From: a virus
Lineage: Duplodnaviria; Caudoviricetes
Direction: 5' to 3' (one strand)
Length of the DNA: 53,210 nucleotides
Virus record (IMG/VR): IMGVR_UViG_3300034061_003829
Span: 1-53,210 of that record
Positions 46,695 to 53,210 of the stretch are shown here, in pieces. The notes under the pieces are model-generated. The model searched no databases. It was given only the letters and a program-made list of their open reading frames with translations, and was not told the DNA's origin. Numbering within the stretch: position 1 is the first letter of the stretch; the number at the start of each line of letters is the position of its first letter. Made by a program: the position numbers and the translations under genes.

Positions 46695-48545
46695 ATGAGT
46701 AGTTTTTTATTAAAATCTGGTGAAGTAGGAAACATCGGATTAAAACAAATGAAACTTGTAAGAGAGCAAACTATTGAAAAATGGGATAGAATGGGCTTTC
46801 TTGAAGGTTTAGAAGGTCACACTAAAGACAATGTGGCTCAATTATTCGAGAACCAAGCTTCTTTCTTAATCAATGAAGCAACTGCAACAGATTCAGCAGG
46901 TTCTTTCGAAACAGTAGTATTCCCTATCATCAGAAGGGTATTCTCAAAATTATTAGCTAACGAAATCGTTTCAGTTCAAGCTTTGAACATGCCGATTGGT
47001 AGAATTTTCTACTTCGTTCCTAAAATTTCTCAGAGAACTCAAGTAGGTAATGTATGGCAACATTCAAATCCTTTTGGATATCCAAATACTGATACTAACA
47101 ACACACAATTCCAATCAACAAACTTGTATGATGCATACTATGATTCAACTTCAGGTTTAGACAACAACCAATTGTTTGACAGATCTAAAGGTGCTTACCA
47201 AGAATTCACAACAAACCCATTAACAATGGTTACTTTAACTACATTGTCAGGTGGAACATCAGTATTTACTAACGTTGCTACTGTAAACCAAACAGGTTGT
47301 ACAAGATATGTAACTTTTGAAGTATCTGGTTTCACTTCAGGTGGTGCTGGTAAAATCATCGGTCCAAATGGTAATGAAATGGATTCAGAAGAATTCTTAG
47401 CTTCATTCCAAATGTTAAATAACACTAACTTATTCTGTTGTACAGGTTCAACAGGTGGTGTTGGTTCAGGTAAAGGTACAACTATATCATACGCAGCTAA
47501 TTCACCAATGGAATTTAGAGTTGTAACTCAAAAGTACTCTAGACAAATCGTTGATTACTGGGCTCAAGTTCAAGGTAATTTAGGTGGACAAACAGTTCAA
47601 TCTTCAGCGCAAGATTTGTGTACTCCAACAGGTAAAATGTATGTTGAAGTAGATTTAAGTTGTCCAGCTTGTATCACTTGTGATTCAGTAGATGGTTATG
47701 TAGGTTCATATTTACCAGGTGGTGTTAATAACGAAGCTTTCTCAACATTCACCGCTAAATGGAGACAATATAGAGATTTAGAATTTGAATCAGCTTTAGG
47801 TGAAGTTTCATTCGAATTAGACTCAGTAACAATCTCTGTAACAGAAAGAAAATTAAGAGCACAATGGTCTCCTGAAATGGCTCAAGACGTAAGTGCATTC
47901 CATAACATCGACGCAGAAGCTGAATTAACAGCTATCTTGTCTGAAGAAATCGCAGCAGAAATCGATAGAGAAATCTTGAGAGATTTGAGAAAAGCAGCAG
48001 CTTGGAGATTAAGATGGGATTGGAACGGTTGGAAACGTGCAGCATCAGGTGGTGGTTTCAACGCTTACACTCAAAAAGACTGGAACCAAACATTGATTAC
48101 TACAATCAATCAGATTTCAGCTCAAATCTTCAAATCAACTTTAAGAGGTGGTGCTAACTGGATCGTATGTTCAGCTGAAGTTTCAGCAATCTTCGATGAT
48201 TTACAATACTTCCACGTTTCAAACGCTAACCCTGAAGAAGATCAATACAATATGGGTATTGAAAAAATTGGTACACTTCAAGGAAGATACAAAGTGTATA
48301 GAGATCCATACTTCCCAGCTAACAAAGTGTTAATCGGACACAAAGGTTCATCTATGTTAGATACTGGTTATGTATATGCTCCATACGTACCACTTCAATT
48401 GACTCCAACTATGTATAACCCATTCACTTTCGCACCTATTAAAGGTATCATGACTAGATACGCAACTAAGGTGTTGAACAATAGGTTCTATGGTGTTATC
48501 ACAGTAGATGGTATCAGAACTTTCAACGTAGCAGAATTAAGATAA
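46695..48545 (+). CDS. gp23: Major capsid protein (T4 gp23-like) with Cys-rich insertion
   Basis: FP..RRVF..L.A.EIVSVQ, RKLRAQWSPEMAQD..A.H.IDAEAELT, EIDREIL, GYVYAPYVPLQ and KGIMTRYA. Confidence 0.97.
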   Translation: MSSFLLKSGEVGNIGLKQMKLVREQTIEKWDRMGFLEGLEGHTKDNVAQLFENQASFLINEATATDSAGSFETVVFPIIRRVFSKLLANEIVSVQALNMPIGRIFYFVPKISQRTQVGNVWQHSNPFGYPNTDTNNTQFQSTNLYDAYYDSTSGLDNNQLFDRSKGAYQEFTTNPLTMVTLTTLSGGTSVFTNVATVNQTGCTRYVTFEVSGFTSGGAGKIIGPNGNEMDSEEFLASFQMLNNTNLFCCTGSTGGVGSGKGTTISYAANSPMEFRVVTQKYSRQIVDYWAQVQGNLGGQTVQSSAQDLCTPTGKMYVEVDLSCPACITCDSVDGYVGSYLPGGVNNEAFSTFTAKWRQYRDLEFESALGEVSFELDSVTISVTERKLRAQWSPEMAQDVSAFHNIDAEAELTAILSEEIAAEIDREILRDLRKAAAWRLRWDWNGWKRAASGGGFNAYTQKDWNQTLITTINQISAQIFKSTLRGGANWIVCSAEVSAIFDDLQYFHVSNANPEEDQYNMGIEKIGTLQGRYKVYRDPYFPANKVLIGHKGSSMLDTGYVYAPYVPLQLTPTMYNPFTFAPIKGIMTRYATKVLNNRFYGVITVDGIRTFNVAELR

Positions 48546-48567
48546 TCTTAATTGTTAAACTAAATAT

Positions 48568-48598
48568 AAAAGGTGGATTTAAGTCCACCTTTTTTTTT
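48568..48598 (+). terminator. Intrinsic terminator after capsid gene
   Basis: AAAAGGTGGATT-T-AAGTCCACC followed by a T run. Confidence 0.85.
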
Positions 48599-48619
48599 GC
48601 TATTAACTATTTATAACAT

Positions 48620-49033
48620 ATGAACAAACTGCGTAAAATTATTAAAGAACAATTATTATTAGAAAAAAAAATTGCAGTACTTACCTCTAAAATAGAGGTA
48701 GCTTTTAAATTTGAGGTTGATAGAAGCACACACGCATATCTAAGAAGTAAAAGAACGGATATACCTAATTACGATGAAAGAGAAATATCAAACTCAGAAA
48801 TAAAGTATGTTATTGAGTTATCTATGCGTAAAATAGCGGAATCAATTATGTTAGGTGAAATAAAAGATGGGGTTCCATTTGTTATTAAATCAATACAAAA
48901 AGAAATAGCAATTGCTATAGACCCTACACTTATAGGTGGAACTTATTGGAAATTATTTGTTCTTACAGTATTTAGAGAATCTGAAGAATTACCTTTCAGG
49001 GTTAGTAAAGATCAGATTGTCATATGGATATAA
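48620..49033 (+). CDS. Hypothetical head cargo protein, possibly BECR/RelE-like RNase fold
   Basis: LRKIIKEQLLLE leader; STHAYLR and terminal LFVLTVFR strand; TATTTATA 4 nt upstream. Confidence 0.55.
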   Translation: MNKLRKIIKEQLLLEKKIAVLTSKIEVAFKFEVDRSTHAYLRSKRTDIPNYDEREISNSEIKYVIELSMRKIAESIMLGEIKDGVPFVIKSIQKEIAIAIDPTLIGGTYWKLFVLTVFRESEELPFRVSKDQIVIWI

Positions 49034-49147
49034 AAAAACAGGGTTTAGTATCTAAATCGTTTCTACCCTGTTTAAATTAGGGGTTTTCAGTCCTAATCAA
49101 ATTGTGACTGATTTAATTGTATCTGAATTGTTTCCATCAATCACAAT
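49032..49147 (-). ncRNA. Candidate ~110-nt three-hairpin small RNA with duplicated loop motif
   Basis: Minus-strand TTTG-N19-TATATTTG promoter; three stems; GAAACRATTYAGATAC in two loops; ends in hairpin plus U7. Confidence 0.7.
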
Positions 49148-49148
49148 A

Positions 49149-49179
49149 CAAATATAAACAAAATATTTGATATACCAAA
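49149..49179 (-). promoter_or_regulatory. Bacteroidota-type promoter driving the candidate sRNA
   Basis: CAAATATA 49149-49156 and CAAA 49176-49179 on the + strand, 19-nt spacer. Confidence 0.65.
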
Positions 49180-49259
49180 AAAAAATAATCTTTTTTAAAA
49201 AATTGTGTATTTATTGTCCAGCAATGAATAAGTAGTTGTTTCAATGAATAAACAATTCA

Positions 49260-49505
49260 ATGGTATGGACACAAAACGTAATGCTTCTAAAAATAAAAAG
49301 CAAAATAAAACAGAATTATCTTACCTTCATATTAATGATGGCGATGTTCTTCAATCCGTTTGGTTACGATATGATTTTTTTCACTATCCTCAGCCTGACC
49401 GGTTCATATTGGATTACAGTTTCAATTTTTTACCTCATATCTGGGTGTTTATTCTCTTTATATTTCTACTTGTCTAAAAAAAATAAGAAAATTAGTGAGG
49501 AATGA
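49260..49505 (+). CDS. Small membrane protein (2 predicted TM segments)
   Basis: Hydrophobic FILMMAMFFNPFGYDMIFFTILSLTGSYWITVSIFYLISG.. with basic C-terminal tail. Confidence 0.65.
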   Translation: MVWTQNVMLLKIKSKIKQNYLTFILMMAMFFNPFGYDMIFFTILSLTGSYWITVSIFYLISGCLFSLYFYLSKKNKKISEE

Positions 49506-49561
49506 ATATTTCTGAAAACACACTATTTATATGTATAAACATAAAAAATTAAATTAAAAAT

Positions 49562-50050
49562 ATGGCAGATTTATTAAGCAAAATACCATTACCATTTGAA
49601 CCGTTAAGAAAAAATAGGTTCATCGTAAGATTTCCATCAACTTTGGGTATTAACGAATGGTATGTAACATCAGCATCAAGACCTACAATAACAATTGAAC
49701 CAACGGAAGTTCCATTTTTAAATACTTCTACTTATGTAGCAGGTAGATTTAACTGGGGAACAATTGACGTTACATTCAAAGACCCAATTGGACCTTCAGC
49801 ATCTCAAGCACTTATGGAATGGGTTCGTTTATGTGCTGAATCAGTTACAGGACGTATGGGTTATGCAGCTGGTTATAAGAAAGATATCGATTTAGAATTA
49901 TTAGACCCACCAGGAGCTGTAGTTCAAAAATGGAGATTAGAAGGAACATTCATATCTTCAGCTAACTTTGGTAGTTTAGATTATAGCTCTAATGATATTG
50001 CAGATATCACAGTAACATTAAGACCTGATAGATGTATATTAGTTTACTAA
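49562..50050 (+). CDS. gp19: Tail tube protein (T4 gp19-like)
   Basis: EP.RKNRF, RP.I, YVAGR..W..I..TF.D, EW, YKKDI.LE.LD..G..V.KW.L.G.F....FG.LDY and .TL..D. Confidence 0.92.
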   Translation: MADLLSKIPLPFEPLRKNRFIVRFPSTLGINEWYVTSASRPTITIEPTEVPFLNTSTYVAGRFNWGTIDVTFKDPIGPSASQALMEWVRLCAESVTGRMGYAAGYKKDIDLELLDPPGAVVQKWRLEGTFISSANFGSLDYSSNDIADITVTLRPDRCILVY

Positions 50051-50062
50051 TTTTATAATCAG

Positions 50063-50422
50063 ATGTGTTATAAGAGAGTTGCAATAATAGATGAAGATAT
50101 ATTAGCTAATATCCTTAATTCTAGGATTATTAGAGATAATCTTAAAGGTGTTATTACTTACGATTTTATCGACATTAATTTCGCATTGAGTTTTCTAACT
50201 AAAAATCCAGTCAATTTAATTGTAGTGGAAAAAAGTTTAGTTAAAAAAAGTATTGATAAAATAAAAGGGTGTCAAAAAGACACCCCTATTTATGTTCTAA
50301 CAGATAAGTTTGAAGATGATTTTTTTTCTAAGTATCCAACTATTAATAATTACATTAATAGCCCAATATTAAAATCAAATACACATATTATTGAGAAGGC
50401 GATTTTCCAGATAGCCCAATAG
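50063..50422 (+). CDS. Degenerate single-domain response regulator receiver (pseudo-receiver)
   Basis: VAIIDED, AL.FL...PVNLIVVE, PIYVLT and YINSPI follow the REC beta/alpha pattern. Confidence 0.6.
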   Translation: MCYKRVAIIDEDILANILNSRIIRDNLKGVITYDFIDINFALSFLTKNPVNLIVVEKSLVKKSIDKIKGCQKDTPIYVLTDKFEDDFFSKYPTINNYINSPILKSNTHIIEKAIFQIAQ

Positions 50423-50537
50423 TATCGTTATAATATTTCCTCAATTTTTCACCAAGAACCATGTCATTAGGCGTGGTTCTTATTATGTTCAGAATCTCTT
50501 CCAAAACTTTTTTACTATTGGATGGTATCGATTGCAT
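50388..50537 (-). CDS. Small hypothetical protein (PNDMVLGEKLR motif)
   Basis: Start moved to MQSIPS at 50537; last gene of the thioredoxin operon. Confidence 0.55.
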   Translation of the reverse strand: MQSIPSNSKKVLEEILNIIRTTPNDMVLGEKLRKYYNDTIGLSGKSPSQ

Positions 50538-50817
50538 GAATAATATTTGTTTTAGGTTGTAATCCAACAATTTTATTCTTTACCTCACCACCTTTAATAA
50601 ATATCAAGGTTGGGACTGACATAATTTCGTATTTACCAGCTACTTCCATATTTTGATTAATATCAATATATAAAATATTAACATCTGTTCTTTCACCAGC
50701 TATTTCAGTCATAACAGGTTTTAATATTTTACAAGGTCCACACCAACTAGCACTAAAGTAAAGTATGTTTAATTTTTCATTGTCCAATTCTAATTGGTTA
50801 TTTGCTATCTCTATCAT
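50515..50817 (-). CDS. trxA: Thioredoxin
   Basis: FSASWCGPCK, SVPTL.F.K.G. Confidence 0.92.
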   Translation of the reverse strand: MIEIANNQLELDNEKLNILYFSASWCGPCKILKPVMTEIAGERTDVNILYIDINQNMEVAGKYEIMSVPTLIFIKGGEVKNKIVGLQPKTNIIHAIDTIQ

Positions 50818-51133
50818 AATTTTCTATTTCTTTTATTATTTCAACTATTTGTTCTTTTGCTAATAAACCATCCCTATTACTCATTAATTTTTCATTTTTT
50901 ACAAAATAAAATGCTGGTACAATAGGGACATGAAATTTTGAATCAACAAAATCTCTATTTACATCCACATCTACATTATATACATCAACTGAATCTTTAT
51001 ATTCTTCAGATATTTCTTCCATAATTGGTTTCATTTGACTACAAGGTCCACACCATTTAGCTGTGAAACAAATTATACTAGTTTTTTCTTGATTTAAATC
51101 AAATTTTTCAATACCTTCTAAATTAACTATCAT
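50798..51133 (-). CDS. trxA: Thioredoxin (second copy)
   Basis: FTAKWCGPCS, VDVD, IVPAF. Confidence 0.9.
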   Translation of the reverse strand: MIVNLEGIEKFDLNQEKTSIICFTAKWCGPCSQMKPIMEEISEEYKDSVDVYNVDVDVNRDFVDSKFHVPIVPAFYFVKNEKLMSNRDGLLAKEQIVEIIKEIENYDRDSK

Positions 51134-51345
51134 AACTTTAAATCAATTTCTTTTTCACATTTATTACAAACTAATACCTCATAAGGTATTAATGCTTCCC
51201 TACCTGTTGGGGATAATAATGCCGATATTTTTTTAACCTTTAAAAGTTCTTTAAATGTTTTGTTTCCACATTCACATTCATAGTCAGGTTGTTCCAACAC
51301 GGCTTTCGGAACACTCACAATTTTACCATTTCCTATATTTTCCAT
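51130..51345 (-). CDS. Small zinc-ribbon-like protein
   Basis: CECG...CNKC and ISALLSPTG.E. Confidence 0.7.
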   Translation of the reverse strand: MENIGNGKIVSVPKAVLEQPDYECECGNKTFKELLKVKKISALLSPTGREALIPYEVLVCNKCEKEIDLKL

Positions 51346-51429
51346 TATATTTGTATCTTATATGTAGAATAATAAATAAAATGATTGTCAAAATAAACAA
51401 TATATATACCATAATTTTTAATTTTTTGT

Positions 51430-51460
51430 TTTGTAATTATAAAAAATTACCTTATATTTG
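51430..51460 (+). promoter_or_regulatory. Bacteroidota-type promoter
   Basis: TTTG 51430-51433, 19-nt spacer, TATATTTG 51453-51460; ATG at 51465. Confidence 0.7.
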
Positions 51461-51464
51461 TAAA

Positions 51465-52040
51465 ATGAAAGTAGTATTTTTAGATAATGATGGGGTAATA
51501 TGCTTACCTAAAAATTGGGGTAGTAGGTTTAAGAAAACCAAAGCATACTCTAACGTGGTATTTGGTTTAGATGGTAATATCCCAGTAGAGTTTAGGTTTG
51601 ATAACTTTGACAAAAAAGCAATCAAAGTTTTAAATGAAATCTTAACGGAAACAGGTGCTGAAATAGTTGTTAGTTCAGATTGGAGACATCACGCCACATT
51701 GGAAGAAATGGGTGAATACTATACATCACAAGGTATTATTAAAAAACCTATTGGATTAACACCTAAAACTGAGGATATTGACTCTAAATGGTGGAGTAGA
51801 TTTAAAAATCAAGCTCTCTTAGAGGATGAAAGAGTTATTGAAATTAGGTATTGGTTAGAACATCATCCCGAAGTAACTCATTGGGTTGCTGTTGATGACT
51901 TAAATCTTGGTGTATATGAACCCATTTCAGGTGATATATTCAATGAGGATGGTTTAATCAATTTTGTCCATACAAGAAAACTCAATGAAGGAATTAAACA
52001 AACAGGTATAAAAGATAAGATATTAAACTTCCTTAAATAA
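51465..52040 (+). CDS. HAD domain protein (Swiss-Army-Knife RNA-repair-like HAD)
   Basis: MKVVFLDNDGV, IVVSSDWR, G.TP, R..EI..WL and WVAVDD; start moved from 51255 to 51465. Confidence 0.85.
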   Translation: MKVVFLDNDGVICLPKNWGSRFKKTKAYSNVVFGLDGNIPVEFRFDNFDKKAIKVLNEILTETGAEIVVSSDWRHHATLEEMGEYYTSQGIIKKPIGLTPKTEDIDSKWWSRFKNQALLEDERVIEIRYWLEHHPEVTHWVAVDDLNLGVYEPISGDIFNEDGLINFVHTRKLNEGIKQTGIKDKILNFLK

Positions 52041-52064
52041 AAAAACCCCAATTAAGGGGTTTTT
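52039..52064. terminator. Bidirectional intrinsic terminator
   Basis: A-run-CCCC-AATTAA-GGGG-T-run between convergent genes. Confidence 0.8.
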
Positions 52065-52098
52065 CTTTGTTCTGGTGAATCCAAAATAGTTTTTTAAC

Positions 52099-52839
52099 TT
52101 ACACCTTAATTCCGCAATTTGGACAAAACTTAAAGGTTTCTTTTACTTTCTTACCACATTCAGTACAATATCTCTTTAAATCTTTACCTTCAATTGGTTT
52201 AGATGAAAATGGTAATATTTTGTATTTAACTTCTTTTGATGAATAATAGTTAAAATTACCATAAGATGTTTCAAATTTTTGATTACTTGAATCCCCTTTT
52301 TCAACTCTACCTGTTTCAACTGAGTTCAATGATAAAGAACCGGCAACATTTGTTGCGTATGAAGCTTTTATATCTCCAGTAATATTTGATGTGTATGAAC
52401 CAATAGTAAGGTTATTTGCATAACCCCCACCTGTTGTTCCGTACCATATGTTACCTGAATTGTATGAAGGTATATTATAATAGTTAGAGAAATATTCATT
52501 ATAGAACTTAACTTCAATATCCCCATTATTTCTAATTGCGTTTAAAGATTCATTTGTATTTTCAATATCATAAGTTTTATAAATAAACTTGTTATTGGAA
52601 TCAATAAATCTTTCTAAGAATATTCTTTGACCTGGATTTACAACAATACCTGAACCGGTTATTTCTTCTCCATTTAACCATATTTTGGCTAATACTCTGT
52701 TTGTTTTTGGGTTAAATAATTCGATTTCGAATACATCTCCATCATTTAAATAAAGATTGTTGTGATTGTAGATTTTAGCCCTTGATTTTTTTCTTGTGAT
52801 GTGCGCTTCGGGCATAGCATCGCTAATTGTTTGATACAT
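52099..52839 (-). CDS. Hypothetical protein with C-terminal zinc ribbon
   Basis: YCTECGKK....FKFCPNCG; beta-rich N-terminal domain; low-complexity linker. Confidence 0.75.
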   Translation of the reverse strand: MYQTISDAMPEAHITRKKSRAKIYNHNNLYLNDGDVFEIELFNPKTNRVLAKIWLNGEEITGSGIVVNPGQRIFLERFIDSNNKFIYKTYDIENTNESLNAIRNNGDIEVKFYNEYFSNYYNIPSYNSGNIWYGTTGGGYANNLTIGSYTSNITGDIKASYATNVAGSLSLNSVETGRVEKGDSSNQKFETSYGNFNYYSSKEVKYKILPFSSKPIEGKDLKRYCTECGKKVKETFKFCPNCGIKV

Positions 52840-52872
52840 TGTTTTTAATTTTTAATTATAATTTATATTACA

Positions 52873-52931
52873 TCTACCAATCCATTTGTGTCCTTAAACA
52901 CTCAAAAGCTAAAATAGCTCGGACTAATAGA
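52873..52931 (-). ncRNA. Candidate cis-regulatory three-way-junction RNA in 5' UTR
   Basis: P1 TCTATTAGTCC/GGATTGGTAGA, P2 GAGCTA/TAGCTT, P3 GTGTT/GACAC; non-canonical pairs are G-U on the minus strand. Confidence 0.6.
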
Positions 52932-52958
52932 ATAAAAATCTTAAATTGTATTATACTA

Positions 52959-53210
52959 TTACTTTAAAGTAAGTAAATATTTTAATTGGTTTAACTCACC
53001 AATAATTTCATCTCTGATATTTGTTAAGTTAGTATCTTCATCACCTAAATGTTCATCTAACTCATTAAATATATCTATGTGGTGCATAATAAACTTTTGA
53101 ACATCCATATCGTTTATATTATACACTCTAATAGTTCCATATCCACCATCAAAGTAGCATCTACCATATTTACCCATATATTCTTCCATAAACTTATCAG
53201 CTAAATCAGA
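52959..53210 (-). CDS. Ferritin/Dps-like protein (DUF5856-like), 5'-truncated by window edge
   Basis: D.F.E..MGKYGR ... DT.L.NIRDEI.G.LN.LKYLLTL; frame open to position 53210. Confidence 0.7.
   Translation of the reverse strand, partial: SDLADKFMEEYMGKYGRCYFDGGYGTIRVYNINDMDVQKFIMHHIDIFNELDEHLGDEDTNLTNIRDEIIGELNQLKYLLTLK

Noticed and set aside
49048-49134. Mini CRISPR array or solitary CRISPR repeat
   Set aside because: Only 16 nt are shared, GAAAC begins rather than ends the motif, and the copies sit in loops of unrelated stems; cannot be fully excluded without a repeat database search.
49244-49477. 77-aa ORF as the main gene
   Set aside because: Almost fully overlaps 49260-49505, which has a more coherent membrane-protein pattern; kept only as a possible regulatory ORF.
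51255-51464. N-terminal 70-aa extension of the HAD protein
   Set aside because: Overlaps a divergent gene and spans the promoter; the HAD motif begins at ATG 51465.
52873-52931. Hammerhead ribozyme
   Set aside because: Three-stem layout is similar, but the CUGANGA and GAAA core nucleotides are absent.
1-53210. Stop-codon reassignment (TAG or TGA recoding)
   Set aside because: Conserved genes are full length in the standard code and coding density is high.

Overview
AT-rich, densely coded, standard-code segment of a large T4-like (myovirus-type) jumbo phage genome, most likely infecting a Bacteroidota host (TTG-N19/20-TAnnTTTG promoters, A-rich translation starts without Shine-Dalgarno, DUF4494-like gene). 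It carries the morphogenesis core (tail sheath, tail tube, prohead protease, scaffold, major capsid protein) and five fibre-like Gly/Ser/Thr/Asn-rich proteins built from shared modules. It also has a tmRNA with an unusually long tag and accessory genes (LpxH-like phosphoesterase, HotDog thioesterase, Hsp20, KTSC, two thioredoxins, HAD proteins, amidoligase, pseudo-receiver). Highlights: (1) a candidate virion glycosylation and sulfation system (TibC/Aah-like and GT9-like glycosyltransferases, APS kinase, a small HxGH nucleotidyltransferase that may be a minimal ATP sulfurylase, and a sulfotransferase) placed beside the fibre genes, with a [ST][GA]xT tetrapeptide concentrated in the inferred exposed parts of virion proteins; (2) several unannotated structured RNAs, above all a ~110-nt sRNA with its own promoter and terminator and two copies of a 16-nt loop motif; (3) a sense-strand TATTTATA putative late promoter often only 3-4 nt before the ATG. 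All family calls come from motif recognition by eye; no database searches were run.
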